From positions 1 through 40,278 of the forward strand of contig CAWJBB010000017.1 in NCBI GenBank assembly GCA_963840855.1: 40,278 nt of DNA, read 5' to 3'. How positions within the stretch are numbered: position 1 is the first letter of the stretch; each line of letters opens with the position of its first letter. Below, in pieces: positions 9,724 through 20,309 of the stretch. The position numbers were made by a program, and so were the translations under genes. Origin of the DNA: an uncultured delta proteobacterium (GTDB taxonomy: Bacteria > Desulfobacterota > Binatia > UBA9968). The notes under the pieces were generated by a model. It saw nothing but the letters and a program-made list of their open reading frames with translations. It had not been told where the DNA came from and did not search any database.

Positions 9724-10845
9724 TTGAAACTTGAGTTGAAGAAGCTGTACGTGGTTTGTATCTCGATTCTCGGGCTCTGCGCCGGCATTGCCAGCGCTCA
9801 CGCGGCTGCCGCGAACCCGGCGCTGTTAAAAGCCAAAAAAGAGGCAGAAGCGAAAGGCTATGTTTTTGCGGCGAGTCAAGAAGAGGTCATTGCCAACGCT
9901 AAGAAAGAGGGAAAGTTGCGTGTCATGGGTTCCCTCGATGCGAAGACTCTCAAGGCTCTCAGTGATGCGTTCCGTAAGAAGTATCCCTTCATCGACTCGC
10001 AGGCGCAGGAAATCGCCGGCACGGACAACTACATCCGCATGATTCAAGAGATGAAAGCAGGCATGGCCAAGGGCTGGGACGTGAATTACGTCGCCTTCGA
10101 TATGTATCCCGAATACGTGCCGTTTCAGAAGAAATTCGATATTTTGGGGATGGCGCAACATGGCGTCGTGCAGATCCCGCAGAAGATGATCGACCCGACC
10201 AATCGCCACATCGTGGTGGTGGCCAGCGACCTTCAGGTCGTTGCCTTCAACAAAAAGAACATCGCCGCCGAAAGAATACCCGGCACTTGGGAAGGATTTC
10301 TGCGCGAAGAGTTTAGTGGCAGAAAGTTCATGCTCGACATCCGCCCAAAAGACCTGGCAGCGCTGGTTCCAGCTTGGGGAATAGAGAAAACCGTGGATTT
10401 CGCCCGCAAATTGGCGGCGCAAAAGCCGGTGTGGATCCGCGGCAATAGCCGAGCGATGACGATGATTCAGACGGGGGAATACGGCACGCTATTTGGCCCC
10501 AACATTGGCACCGTGATGGAGTTAGAGAAGAAAGACCCGAACATCGGCCTTAAAATACTCGAGCCCGTCCCGACCCGCCTTAACGAGGCCCAGGCGGTGC
10601 TCAACTCGGCGAGCAATCCGTATGCCGGCCTGCTCTGGCTGGAATTCGTAACTTCTCCCGCGGGTCAAGCGCTGCTTGACCAGTTGGAGCCGTATGGCGC
10701 ATCCTATCTCACGGCCGGCTCAATTCAGGAAAAGATAGTGCGCGGGCTCAAGCTGTCAGTAGTGGACTGGGATCATGTGACCAAGTTGGAAGAATATCAA
10801 AAGAAGATTACCGAGGCCTACGGTTTTCCCCGAGCGGACAAATAG
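9724..10845 (+). CDS. ABC transporter SBP (Fe3+/thiamine-type)
   Basis: AGGAGG RBS with TTG start, signal peptide, AKKEGKLRV, AFNKK..P.TWEGFL motifs; homologous to the first two SBPs. Confidence 0.88.
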   Translation: MKLELKKLYVVCISILGLCAGIASAHAAAANPALLKAKKEAEAKGYVFAASQEEVIANAKKEGKLRVMGSLDAKTLKALSDAFRKKYPFIDSQAQEIAGTDNYIRMIQEMKAGMAKGWDVNYVAFDMYPEYVPFQKKFDILGMAQHGVVQIPQKMIDPTNRHIVVVASDLQVVAFNKKNIAAERIPGTWEGFLREEFSGRKFMLDIRPKDLAALVPAWGIEKTVDFARKLAAQKPVWIRGNSRAMTMIQTGEYGTLFGPNIGTVMELEKKDPNIGLKILEPVPTRLNEAQAVLNSASNPYAGLLWLEFVTSPAGQALLDQLEPYGASYLTAGSIQEKIVRGLKLSVVDWDHVTKLEEYQKKITEAYGFPRADK

Positions 10846-10851
10846 CTTCGC

Positions 10852-11820
10852 TCAGACCTCGTGGCAGGCGACGTGGTGCGACGGCTGTTTCTCTTCCAAC
10901 GGCGGCTCGATGGTTTTGCACTTCTCGACGCGAATTGGACAGCGGGGCTCGAGTCTGCAACCCGGCGGCGGGTTGACCGGGAACGTGATTTCGCCGTGCA
11001 GCATTGATTGGATGTTTTCCGTAAACGATTCCACCGTAGGGTTCGCCGCCAAAAGCGCTTTGGTATAGGGATTCAATGGGGTTTGGAAGATTTTCTCGGC
11101 CGGAGCAATTTCCATAATTTTTCCGGCATACATGACGCCGACGATATCGGCCAGGTAACCCACGACGTTGAGGTCGTGGGATATGAAAATCAGGGTCAGT
11201 TTCAATTCGCGTTGCAAGCGCTTCAGGAGATTCAGCACCTGCGCTTGCACCGAGACATCCAGCGAGGACACCGGTTCGTCGGCGATGATGAGTTCGGGAT
11301 TGGCCGCCAGCGCTCGCGCGACTCCTATACGCTGGCGCTGCCCACCGCTGAATTCATGTGGATAGCGGAAAAGATGTTCGGCGCTGAGACCGACCAATTC
11401 CAACAACTCAACGACCCGATCAACTCTTTTTCGCCCTTTGGTTCCGGCGAAAATGGTTACCGGCCGGCCGACGATATCCACGACCCTCATGCGCGGGTTT
11501 AGCGACGCGTAGGGGTCCTGAAAAATAATTTGAATCTGTTTGCGCAGTTCCCGGACACCCTTGTTGGGGAGGTGGAGAATCTCCCGTCCCTGGAAGTAAA
11601 CCTCGCCGCCGGTGGCGGCGATAAGCCTGGTAATCAGGCGAGCCGTGGTCGATTTGCCGCAGCCGCTCTCTCCCACTAGACCAAAAGTTTTTCCTTCGGG
11701 AACGGAAAAGGAAATTTGATCAACGGCTTTAAGGATTTTTCGGCCGCTAAACAAACGGCTCACCACGCCGCCGCTAACGTCAAAATGTTTGGTCAGTTCT
11801 TTTACTTCCAGAAGGGCCAT
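10852..11820 (-). CDS. Dipeptide/oligopeptide/nickel ABC ATPase (DppF/OppF-like)
   Basis: Walker A GESGCGKS, FSGGQRQR, IIADEP, C-terminal GCRLEPRCP..C..C motif. Confidence 0.95.
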   Translation of the reverse strand: MALLEVKELTKHFDVSGGVVSRLFSGRKILKAVDQISFSVPEGKTFGLVGESGCGKSTTARLITRLIAATGGEVYFQGREILHLPNKGVRELRKQIQIIFQDPYASLNPRMRVVDIVGRPVTIFAGTKGRKRVDRVVELLELVGLSAEHLFRYPHEFSGGQRQRIGVARALAANPELIIADEPVSSLDVSVQAQVLNLLKRLQRELKLTLIFISHDLNVVGYLADIVGVMYAGKIMEIAPAEKIFQTPLNPYTKALLAANPTVESFTENIQSMLHGEITFPVNPPPGCRLEPRCPIRVEKCKTIEPPLEEKQPSHHVACHEV

Positions 11821-11851
11821 GCTCAATCAGCTCATTATCGGTTTAATTTTG

Positions 11852-11962
11852 CACCACGAAGGCACGAAGGACACGAAGGGTTCGGATTTTTATACTCTTA
11901 AACTTCGTGAACTTCGTGCCTTCGTGGTGAGTCTGCTCTTCTTGTGCTCATTGTGGTTAAAT
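11852..11962. repeat. CACGAAG repeat family, complete copy with GTGGTTAAAT tail
   Basis: CACCACGAAGGCACGAAGGACACGAAG..TTCGGA..CTTCGTGAACTTCGTGCCTTCGTGGTG, between dppD and dppF. Confidence 0.9.
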
Positions 11963-11975
11963 CTCTTCACCAATA

Positions 11976-12947
11976 CTAAGCACCGGGAAAGTAACAAGCG
12001 GCGAGACCCTTGCCGATTTTTTCTTCCAGCCGCGGCGGCTCTGTTTTACAAATCTCCCGGGCTTTGGAGCAGCGCGGATGAAACTTACATCCCGGCGGAG
12101 GGTCGAACAGGTTGCAAACCGTTCCCGGAATCGCCTTCAAGGAGTCGCGGCGCGATTGGGGTCGTGGAATCGCTTCGAGCAAGGCGATGGTGTAGGGGTG
12201 TTGCGGGCGCGTAAAGAGAGGTTTTTTCTCGGCGAGCTCGACCATGGAGCCGGCATACATGACGCCGATCCGGTCGCACAGGCGCGCGACCACGCCGAGA
12301 TTATGAGAGATGAAGATAAGCGCCATCTTGAATTTTTCTTGCAGCTCTTTAAGCAGCTCGATGATTTGCGCCTGAATCGTCACATCCAAGGCCGTCGTCG
12401 GTTCATCGGCGATAAGCAACTTAGGCTGGCAGGCCAGCGCCATGGCAATCATCACTCTTTGCCGCATGCCGCCGCTCAATTCATGGGGATAGCGATCCGC
12501 CAGAGTTTTCGGCGCCGGCAAGCGCACCAGCGCGAGGACATTTTCGGTGTGGTCACGGGCAACCTTTTTCGAATGGCCCATGTGGACCTGGTAACATTCG
12601 CCGATCTGCGTGCCGACGGTCAGCGACGGATTGAGCGAGGTCATCGGTTCCTGGAAAATCATGGATATTTTGCGTCCCCGGATCCTTTCCATTTCGCGCG
12701 GACTTTTATTAAGCAGGTCTTCACCCTCGAACAACAACTCGCCCTGAATGATCTTGGCGGGCGGCGTGGGGACGAGGCGCAGGATCGAAAGCGCAGTCAC
12801 GCTTTTGCCGCAACCGGTTTCCCCAACGATGCCAAAGGTTTCCCCTTCCGAGAGCGTAAAAGACAGATCCCGGACCGCGGCTAACACGCCGCGCTTGAGG
12901 TTGAAATCGACGGAGAGATTCCTGATCTCGAGAAGAGGGGGGGGCAT
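11976..12947 (-). CDS. ABC ATPase (DppD/OppD-like)
   Basis: [43 protein letters not shown]. Confidence 0.95.
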   Translation of the reverse strand: MPPPLLEIRNLSVDFNLKRGVLAAVRDLSFTLSEGETFGIVGETGCGKSVTALSILRLVPTPPAKIIQGELLFEGEDLLNKSPREMERIRGRKISMIFQEPMTSLNPSLTVGTQIGECYQVHMGHSKKVARDHTENVLALVRLPAPKTLADRYPHELSGGMRQRVMIAMALACQPKLLIADEPTTALDVTIQAQIIELLKELQEKFKMALIFISHNLGVVARLCDRIGVMYAGSMVELAEKKPLFTRPQHPYTIALLEAIPRPQSRRDSLKAIPGTVCNLFDPPPGCKFHPRCSKAREICKTEPPRLEEKIGKGLAACYFPGA

Positions 12948-13018
12948 TTTGGATTTCAGATTGTGACGATTGTGCTGATTAGTGACAAATTCAATTGATT
13001 CTGGGAATCGTTCAGCTT

Positions 13019-13106
13019 TCACCACGAAGGTCACGAAGAACACGAAGGGTTCGGATATTCTTAACGACTTAAACTTCGCGACCTTCTTTGTGCTCTTTGT
13101 GGTTAA
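13019..13106. repeat. CACGAAG repeat family copy
   Basis: TCACCACGAAGGTCACGAAGAACACGAAGGGTTCGGATA...CTTTGTGCTCTTTGTGGTTAA. Confidence 0.85.
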
Positions 13107-13150
13107 GTTCTCTCTCTTTCCTCTGGCGTCCTTTGCGTTGTTCTCCGCTT

Positions 13151-14053
13151 TTAGCGGTCATACTGGCGCGGATCGAAAACGTCGCGCAGTCCGTCACCCA
13201 ACAGGTTAAAGCCAAGGATGATCAGCGAGATCGTCAAGCCCGGAAAAAAAGCAGCCATCGGTTGAAGCTGCAGAAAAGGAGTCACCTCCTTCAACATCAG
13301 CCCCCAGCTGGCAGTGGGTGGCGGCAAGCCGAGGCCGAGAAAGCTAAGCGATGACTCGGCCAAGATGGCATTGCCAAAATCAAGGCTCAAGCGAACGAGT
13401 AGAGGAGACAAGCAATTCGGCAAAACCTGAAAAAAAAGGATGCTAAGGTCGGACTCTCCCGTCATCCGGGCCGCCTCCACATACTCTTTCTCTTTTTGTG
13501 AAAGCACCGCGCCGCGGACAATCCGCGCGTAGGAAGGAATAGAGTTGACGCCGAGCGCGATGTAAAGTGGGAAAAGCCCCCCTCCTAAGGAAGCGACCAG
13601 TGCGATAGCCAAAAGCCGGCCGGGGAATGCGATGATTGCGTCCATCAGGCGCATCAACGCCGCATCAACCCAGCGACCGGCAAATCCCGAAATCGCCCCG
13701 ATCGGGATGCCAAAAAAGGCGCCTAGAAAAACAGCGCCGATGGCCACCAGAAAGGCCGTGCGCGCGCCAAAAACAATCCGGCTGTAGGTGTCTCGGCCCA
13801 AGTAGTCCGTTCCCAGCCAATGGCTGCTGCTCGGATCCTGGAGGCGGTTCGCGATGTTGATTTCGTAGGCGTCATGGGTGGCCAAGTAGGGCGCCAGGAG
13901 AGCTGTCAGAAGCCAAATCGTGACGATGATCACCCCAATAAGCGCCAGCCGATTGCGGGCGATGACCCGGCAGGCCGCAAGAAACCCGGTAAAGTGGCCG
14001 TTCGCGGTATCTCTGGCGGTCCATACGGGTCCGGGTAAAGCTTCTTGTTCCAT
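13151..14053 (-). CDS. ABC permease (DppC/OppC-like)
   Basis: HWLGTDYLGRD, EYVEAAR, ESSLSFLGLG, NLLGDGLRD. Confidence 0.95.
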   Translation of the reverse strand: MEQEALPGPVWTARDTANGHFTGFLAACRVIARNRLALIGVIIVTIWLLTALLAPYLATHDAYEINIANRLQDPSSSHWLGTDYLGRDTYSRIVFGARTAFLVAIGAVFLGAFFGIPIGAISGFAGRWVDAALMRLMDAIIAFPGRLLAIALVASLGGGLFPLYIALGVNSIPSYARIVRGAVLSQKEKEYVEAARMTGESDLSILFFQVLPNCLSPLLVRLSLDFGNAILAESSLSFLGLGLPPPTASWGLMLKEVTPFLQLQPMAAFFPGLTISLIILGFNLLGDGLRDVFDPRQYDR

Positions 14054-14062
14054 AGCTGTTCT

Positions 14063-15028
14063 CTATTCGAGCTTGATGCGGGGATCCAACCATTTATAGA
14101 CGATATCCACAAACAGATTGATGAAGACAAAGGTGACCGCAATGAGGAGAACCGCTCCCTGGACGATCGGGTAGTCACGCGAATAGATACCTTCAATCAA
14201 AAGTCTGCCGACCCCGGGCCAGGAAAACACGGTTTCGACGATGGTAGAGCCGCCCAGCAGTCGAGCTGTCTGCAAACCGATTACGGTCACCGCCGCGATC
14301 AGCGAATTCTTGAGCGCGTGCCTGACGATGACCATGCGCGCCGGCAGCCCCTTGGCCCAGGCCGTCCGCACATAGTCTTGGGTGAGCTGCTCTAACATCT
14401 CGGCGCGGATATAGCGCGTCAGCGGCGCCGCGAGATCCGTTCCCATGACGATGGCAGGCAAAAAAACATGCTGGAGGAAAAGCCAGGGGTTCTCAAGGGG
14501 ACTGGCGTAGCCGATCGAAGGAAGCCAGCCCAGCTTCAGGCTGAAAAGAACGATGAGCATGAGAGCGAGCCAGAAATTGGGCACGGCGATGCCCCATAAT
14601 GCAAATCCCATAGCGGCGTAATCCACACTTGTGTTCTGCCGCATGGCGGCAATGACACCGGTGGGGATGGCAATAAGCACGCCCGTGAGCAGGGCGGTGA
14701 GCGCCAGATAGAGAGTCGCAGGATAGCGCTCGAAGATGACTTCGAAAATCGGCCGCCGCGAGCGCAGCGACAATCCCATGTCACCCTGAACAATTCTGCT
14801 CACCCAGTTGACGTATTGCACGTAGATAGGCCGGTCGTAGCCCAGTTGGTGTTTGAGCGACTCGTACTGTTCCTCACTGATGCGCGCGCGTTCTTCGGGG
14901 TCGATCCCGAGCATGACCAGGACCGGATCTCCTGGAATAATGCGGATGATAAGGAAGACCGCTACACTGACCAGGATAAGGACAGGTATGAGCTGGAGAA
15001 CGCGTTGGACGAAGTAGCGGCCGAACAC
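14063..15028 (-). CDS. ABC permease (DppB/OppB-like)
   Basis: IPGDPV, DYVRTAWAKGL, HALKNSL, ETVFSWPGVG, LDPRI. Confidence 0.95.
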   Translation of the reverse strand: MFGRYFVQRVLQLIPVLILVSVAVFLIIRIIPGDPVLVMLGIDPEERARISEEQYESLKHQLGYDRPIYVQYVNWVSRIVQGDMGLSLRSRRPIFEVIFERYPATLYLALTALLTGVLIAIPTGVIAAMRQNTSVDYAAMGFALWGIAVPNFWLALMLIVLFSLKLGWLPSIGYASPLENPWLFLQHVFLPAIVMGTDLAAPLTRYIRAEMLEQLTQDYVRTAWAKGLPARMVIVRHALKNSLIAAVTVIGLQTARLLGGSTIVETVFSWPGVGRLLIEGIYSRDYPIVQGAVLLIAVTFVFINLFVDIVYKWLDPRIKLE

Positions 15029-15040
15029 GAGGGATGCCCG

Positions 15041-16591
15041 CTATTTGTCTACCCAAGCGTGGCTCAAGCCGGCGCCCCAGGGCTCAAAGTCGCCGCTCCC
15101 GTTGGTGACGAAACCCTTCACATGGTCACGGAAAGTAAAAAACCGCGGCGTAAATCCAATGGCGAATATCGGCGAGTCGTCCAACAATTTGGTGACTATT
15201 TGCCTGAACAAGGTTCGTCTTTTGTCCTGGTCCACCTCCGCTTCCGCCTTTCTCAACAGGGCGTCGTATTCCTTGTCGCAATAACCGCTTTCATTGAGAC
15301 GCCGCTTGCGCGGATCCGGTTCACAGACATATTCTTCGTAAGCCGGCAGTGGGTCCGGATAATCGCTACCGCCGGCGAGCTTGAACATGTATTTTCCCTG
15401 GCGCCGGGCCTCGAGGGCCGACGCGCGCTCGAGGATCTTCAACTCGACTTTGACGCCGATGCGCTTGAGCTGGGCCTGAATCGTGGCGCCCTCGATGTCC
15501 GCAACCTCACCCCGGTTGCCCATAAGCTCGAGGGTTTCGCCCTTGTAACCGGATTCCTTTAAGAGAGCCTTGGCCTTGTTCAGATCGAACGCCGGCGAAG
15601 GCACATCGAAATTCCAATAATGACCCTTGGGGAATCTCTGGTCGGCAGTGTCGGCCAGGCCGTGGTAGGCCGCCTGTAAAATCTCCTTCCGATCGAGCGC
15701 GTGGGCGATGGCCAGGCGGAGCTTCTTGTTGTTGAAGGGCGGATCGGCCACGTTAAACTCGAGGTTGCGCGCCCCGGCGCGCGCTGCTTTCGCATAGCCG
15801 ACGCCCCTGATTTTGCCCTCGACGATCTGCTGGACCCACTCGTACGGCGTCCGTTCGATCATATCGACATCGCCCGCTTGCAACGCGGTGAAGCGCACCG
15901 TGTCGTCGCCGATTTCTTTCATGATGACGCGATCGACATAGGCTTTCTGACCCCAGTAATCGGCGAAGCGATCGAACACGATGCGCTGGCCGGGTAGCCA
16001 TTCGACGAACTTGAAGGGACCTGTGCCCGGTGGAAAAGTTGTCGGCTTTCTCATGCCCTCGGTCAAAGACTCCTTGGGAATCGCCGAGAAGGCGCGAATT
16101 TCGGAGAGCACCGTGAGGAAAAGCGGGCTATGCTGCTTCAGGTGAATCTTGAACGTATGTTTATCAACCACCTCGGCGCGTTCGACGCCGCTGAGATCTT
16201 CGAAGCCGTACGCGCCGTTCTTGGGGTTCAACGTGTAGTCTATGGCGAACTTGATGTCATCGGCCGTCAGCTCCTTGCCGTTATGGAACTTGACGCCGCG
16301 GCGGAGCTTGAAGGTGTAAACTTTACGGTCTTTCGAAATCTCCCATGATTCCGCAAGCCGTGGATGAATCGCGCCCTTCAGGTCGCGGGCCAACAACGGC
16401 TCGAACATCAGTTCGCGGATGCGCGCCTCCGTCGAGCTGGTGTTGATCAAAGGATTCATCAGGGCGAGCTCTTTGCTGATGCCCAGGGTGATGCTGCCGC
16501 CGCGCTTGGGTTCGGCGGAGGCAGCGTGCAGAGACGCGGCGAAGCACAAAGAGAGAACCAAGACGAAACTCAGTGGGTTGGGTTTTTTCAT
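15041..16591 (-). CDS. Family 5 SBP (DppA/OppA-like)
   Basis: LAESWEIS.D.KVYTFKLRRGVKFHNG, GTGPFKF, signal peptide, GAGGAG RBS. Confidence 0.95.
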   Translation of the reverse strand: MKKPNPLSFVLVLSLCFAASLHAASAEPKRGGSITLGISKELALMNPLINTSSTEARIRELMFEPLLARDLKGAIHPRLAESWEISKDRKVYTFKLRRGVKFHNGKELTADDIKFAIDYTLNPKNGAYGFEDLSGVERAEVVDKHTFKIHLKQHSPLFLTVLSEIRAFSAIPKESLTEGMRKPTTFPPGTGPFKFVEWLPGQRIVFDRFADYWGQKAYVDRVIMKEIGDDTVRFTALQAGDVDMIERTPYEWVQQIVEGKIRGVGYAKAARAGARNLEFNVADPPFNNKKLRLAIAHALDRKEILQAAYHGLADTADQRFPKGHYWNFDVPSPAFDLNKAKALLKESGYKGETLELMGNRGEVADIEGATIQAQLKRIGVKVELKILERASALEARRQGKYMFKLAGGSDYPDPLPAYEEYVCEPDPRKRRLNESGYCDKEYDALLRKAEAEVDQDKRRTLFRQIVTKLLDDSPIFAIGFTPRFFTFRDHVKGFVTNGSGDFEPWGAGLSHAWVDK

Positions 16592-16917
16592 ATTGCTCTC
16601 CTCATTCGTTATTAGTGGAGCCACGATCGGGACGGCGCCGTAGATTTGACCGTCATCAGCACGCCCTGGGTAAAATCATCGCTCCCTGCCCCATGATCTC
16701 AGGGAACTGTTCGCAAGAGGCCCGCGCGAAGGGGATTTTCGATCCACTGCGGAGCTTAATCACATCTTGCCTGCGTCGTCGAGACCCCCCGGGCAGGCTT
16801 GTGTCTTTGTTCGCGATTAGACTCGAACTTCTGCCGGCCGCCGGCTGTTGCGCTCGAATCAGCTCCCTCGATATTCATCCGCGTTGGGCGCTTATCCTGA
16901 CGCGCGCTTCGGCCGCG

Positions 16918-18486
16918 TCATTTATCCAGCCATGTTTGATTCAAACCGCCGCCCCCCCACACGAACTCTCCGTCATACGCCGTCGTGAACCCCTTGACGT
17001 AATCACGGACCGCAAAGAAACGGGATGTATGGCCGATAGTCACGGTCGGAATATCTTCTTGTAATCGGATGACGATTTTTCTCATCAATGCTCGCAACTG
17101 ATTTTCATCGTGCTCCGCGGCGGCTGCTTTCAGGAGCGCGTCAATTTCCTTGTCGCAATAACCGGATTCGTTCTGGTTGCGGTTCCGGGGATCCGACTCA
17201 CAGACATGGATCGGCAGGTAAGAATCGACAGGGTTGGGATTCACGCCGGGATCGCCGGAGAGTTTGAACGCGTATTGGCCCTTGCGGCGGATCTGGACGT
17301 TTGCCCCCCGATCCGCCATCTTGATCTTGACGTTCATGCCGATCTTCTTGAGCTGGGCCTGAACAGTTGCAATCTCCACTTCCTGAGTTCCTCCCATACT
17401 GCCGAGCATCTCAATCTCCTCCCCTTTGTAGCCCGCCTCCTTGAGCAACGCCTTGGCCTTGTTGACGTCATAGGCGGGTGATGGAATGCCCTCGAAGTAC
17501 CATTTGTGACCCTTGGGATAGATTTGATCCGACGGCTCGCCGAAGCCGAAGTATGCCGCCTGAAGAATTTCCTTGCGGTCGATGGCGTGCGCCACCGCCA
17601 GGCGCAGCTTCTTGTTGTTAAACGGCGGATCGACGACGTTGAATTCGATCGCGCGGCCCGCCGAGTAGCGCGATTCAGCGAAACCGATGCCCTTGAGTTT
17701 TCCCTCACGGATATCCTTGATCCATTCGTAAGGCGCGCGCTCCGTCATGTCGATGTCGCCGGCTCGAAGGGCGGTGAAACTAACCGTGGTGTCGCCAATG
17801 ATCCTGAGGATCGCCCGATCCACGTAAGCCTTGTGTCCCCAGTAGTCGGCAAATCTTTCGAACACAATGCGTTGTTGCGGTTGCCACTCGACAAATTTAA
17901 ATGGACCTGTGCCCGGAGGAAACTTGCCCGGATTGCGCAGCCCCTCCGCCACGGACTCTTTTGGAATTACTGAAAAAGTCTCGATCCTGGCGAGCGCGTA
18001 AATAAACCCGGGTGCGGAGCGTTTCAGGTGGATATTAAGCGTGTATTTGTCACGCGCCTCGGCGCGATCGACAATGGCCAGCTCGGCAAAACCACGCGCG
18101 CCGTTTTTCGGGTTCATGCTGTAATCGATGGCAAACTTCGCGTCTTCGGCGGTCATCTCCTGCCCGTTGTGAAACTTCACTCCTTTGCGGAGCCTGATGG
18201 TATAAAGCTTGCCATCCTTGGAGACCTCCCACGCCTCGGCCAAGCCGGGCTGGAGATATCCCTTGAGGTCGATGCCCAAGAGCGGCTCAAACATCAGATC
18301 GCGAATCCGCTTCTGAGTTGAACCGGTGTCCACCAGGGGGTTCATCACCGAAATGTCTCGAGTGATGCCGAGAGTCACAGTGCCGCCGCGTTTCGGCTCG
18401 GCGGCTGCCCCGTTTGCGGGTTGTGCGGTCGGCGAAAAAGTAAAGAAGAGCAGCCCCAAGATATGAATGCCGAAATAGCGCTTCAT
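16918..18486 (-). CDS. Family 5 SBP (DppA/OppA-like), tandem paralog of 15041..16591
   Basis: LAEAWEVS.DGKLYTIRLRKGVKFHNG, PPGTGPFKFVEW; long identical stretches shared with its neighbour. Confidence 0.95.
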   Translation of the reverse strand: MKRYFGIHILGLLFFTFSPTAQPANGAAAEPKRGGTVTLGITRDISVMNPLVDTGSTQKRIRDLMFEPLLGIDLKGYLQPGLAEAWEVSKDGKLYTIRLRKGVKFHNGQEMTAEDAKFAIDYSMNPKNGARGFAELAIVDRAEARDKYTLNIHLKRSAPGFIYALARIETFSVIPKESVAEGLRNPGKFPPGTGPFKFVEWQPQQRIVFERFADYWGHKAYVDRAILRIIGDTTVSFTALRAGDIDMTERAPYEWIKDIREGKLKGIGFAESRYSAGRAIEFNVVDPPFNNKKLRLAVAHAIDRKEILQAAYFGFGEPSDQIYPKGHKWYFEGIPSPAYDVNKAKALLKEAGYKGEEIEMLGSMGGTQEVEIATVQAQLKKIGMNVKIKMADRGANVQIRRKGQYAFKLSGDPGVNPNPVDSYLPIHVCESDPRNRNQNESGYCDKEIDALLKAAAAEHDENQLRALMRKIVIRLQEDIPTVTIGHTSRFFAVRDYVKGFTTAYDGEFVWGGGGLNQTWLDK

Positions 18487-18529
18487 CAGAGTATCTCCTT
18501 TATGATCGGCGCCGCTTCCGCAAAGCTCC

Positions 18530-19651
18530 TCAAGCTGCTTCTGCTTTCGCGGTACAAAATGGATGTTTGCCGCCCATCCTGCAGGTTACACCCTGCTCGG
18601 CCAGGGCAGCCTCGTAATCGCGATGAATCGCGGGGTCTTCCTCTTCATACTCGATTTGATCGCCGCCCTCTTTGACGCTCTTGTAAACGTACTGCTTGCC
18701 GCCAGCCTTCGGTTTGTCGCTGCCCCAGCCGATGGCAAGAAAGAGCACCGGATCTTTCCCCGTGTTGAAGTGTTGGTGGAACCACATCTCCGGCGGCACG
18801 AACACGCTGCCGGGCTGCCAATCGATCCGCTCGACCGGCTTACCTTCCTGCCACATGAGCGAGTAACCATGCCCCTTCAGGATCACGACGTGAATTCCCG
18901 GCCCGTGACGGTGACTCTTCTTATAGGTACCAATAGGCCAGAACGAGCTGTGCGATTTCATCGTGCCGTTGACGAGCGCAAAGCCCAAGGATTTGACGCC
19001 GACGCCTCTCCCTCCCTCGATCATCTGGCAGGCCATTACATCGGCTACGAAGTTAGTTTGCCAGCGGCGTTGGTCGATTTTTCGATCTGACTCTCTGAAG
19101 TATCCTTCTTCGGAGTTGAAGCGGTCCTCGAATACAAACGGGTTCTCGAACACGAACTTGTAATTGTCGAACGTGTCGATCACGCGCGGCGCGCTGGTCA
19201 TGGCGACATAACGCGCCGGCTCGGTGCCGGAGGCGTTGAAGTGCTGGTGCCAGGCATTCATCGGGATGGCGAAATAACTGCCGGCGTGCCACTCGAAGGT
19301 TTGTTTCTTGGTCTCGTCGAGCCACACCGACGTCGCGCCCTGTCCTTTGAGAATATAGATGGTTTCTTCGAACAGGTGCTTGTGCGGCTTGAGGGATTTT
19401 CCGCGCGGAATCTCCGCGACGTAAGCGTCGTTGAAGCCGCCCGTTCCCTCGAGATTGATTATCGCCGCCGAACCGTCACCACTGGACTTCCACGGGGCGA
19501 GGTCAAGCTCCAGAAGGTTCTTGACATAGTAACCGCGCACCGTCGGCAAACCCTCCGCCTCTTTCCACCTCTCGTAGGGTGATTTGTAGACTTCGGCTTG
19601 TTTGACCATCTCCCGTTCCGCGCGCACCATCGTCGGATCTGTATTTGCCAT
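18530..19651 (-). CDS. Bicupin protein (gentisate 1,2-dioxygenase-like fold)
   Basis: Two cupin motif pairs: HKHLFEE...PMNAWHQHFN and HRHGPG...PPEMWFHQHFN. GGAGG RBS. Confidence 0.85.
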   Translation of the reverse strand: MANTDPTMVRAEREMVKQAEVYKSPYERWKEAEGLPTVRGYYVKNLLELDLAPWKSSGDGSAAIINLEGTGGFNDAYVAEIPRGKSLKPHKHLFEETIYILKGQGATSVWLDETKKQTFEWHAGSYFAIPMNAWHQHFNASGTEPARYVAMTSAPRVIDTFDNYKFVFENPFVFEDRFNSEEGYFRESDRKIDQRRWQTNFVADVMACQMIEGGRGVGVKSLGFALVNGTMKSHSSFWPIGTYKKSHRHGPGIHVVILKGHGYSLMWQEGKPVERIDWQPGSVFVPPEMWFHQHFNTGKDPVLFLAIGWGSDKPKAGGKQYVYKSVKEGGDQIEYEEEDPAIHRDYEAALAEQGVTCRMGGKHPFCTAKAEAA

Positions 19652-19789
19652 GAGTTCCTCCCTTACTCTGCTGAATCTCCTCCTACAACCCGATCTCAAC
19701 CTTGTCAACCACTACCCAACAGCGGATTGAATTGACACGATACCGGGCCGCATGGTACTCACGGGACGAGAGCAAGCTCAGGAGGGAAT

Positions 19790-20203
19790 ATGGCGATTGA
19801 GATCCACAACCTTATCGAGATGGCGCATCAAGAGAAGAAGAGAAAGAAAATTTTCAATACTCAGAGATTTCACTCATGGCTCCATGTGTACGCCAAGCCG
19901 GGCGACAAGGACGACATGCATTGCCATAACGCGGACCAGAGTTTCTATGTAATCGAGGGCGAGTGCACCATGCATTTTCCCGATGGTGGAGCCGCTGTGT
20001 TAAAGCCCGGTATGGCCGCGACGATCACGGGTGGCTCCTTTTATCAGCTCGAAAACACCGGCACCGACGCGATGGTGCTCATGGGAAATCGCTCCGGTCC
20101 CTCGGAAGCGATCAAGCACATCAACTATGAGTTGCGTAGAGACCTTAAGGAATTGTCGCCGGAAGAGCGGGAACAGATTCAGCACGCCGGCGGCGGGCGA
20201 TAG
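19790..20203 (+). CDS. Cupin domain protein
   Basis: MHCHNADQSFYVIEGE cupin motif 1, GGAGGG RBS, TTGACA at 19732 upstream. Confidence 0.85.
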   Translation: MAIEIHNLIEMAHQEKKRKKIFNTQRFHSWLHVYAKPGDKDDMHCHNADQSFYVIEGECTMHFPDGGAAVLKPGMAATITGGSFYQLENTGTDAMVLMGNRSGPSEAIKHINYELRRDLKELSPEEREQIQHAGGGR

Positions 20204-20218
20204 GGTGGCTCTAGGCTG

Positions 20219-20309
20219 GTTCAATGTTCAAGGTTCAACGTATTCGGAAACTTTACGAACCGCATGGGCTCGATCTCTAACCTTGAACCTTGAACTTTGA
20301 ACTTTGAAC
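20219..20309. repeat. Inverted arrays of the 7-mer GTTCAAN
   Basis: GTTCAATGTTCAAGGTTCAAC ... CCTTGAACCTTGAACTTTGAACTTTGAAC. Second copy at 28335-28440. Confidence 0.85.

Noticed and set aside
5668-13106. CACGAAG repeats as a CRISPR array
   Set aside because: Copies are dispersed and palindromic with conserved rather than unique spacers, and there are no cas genes.
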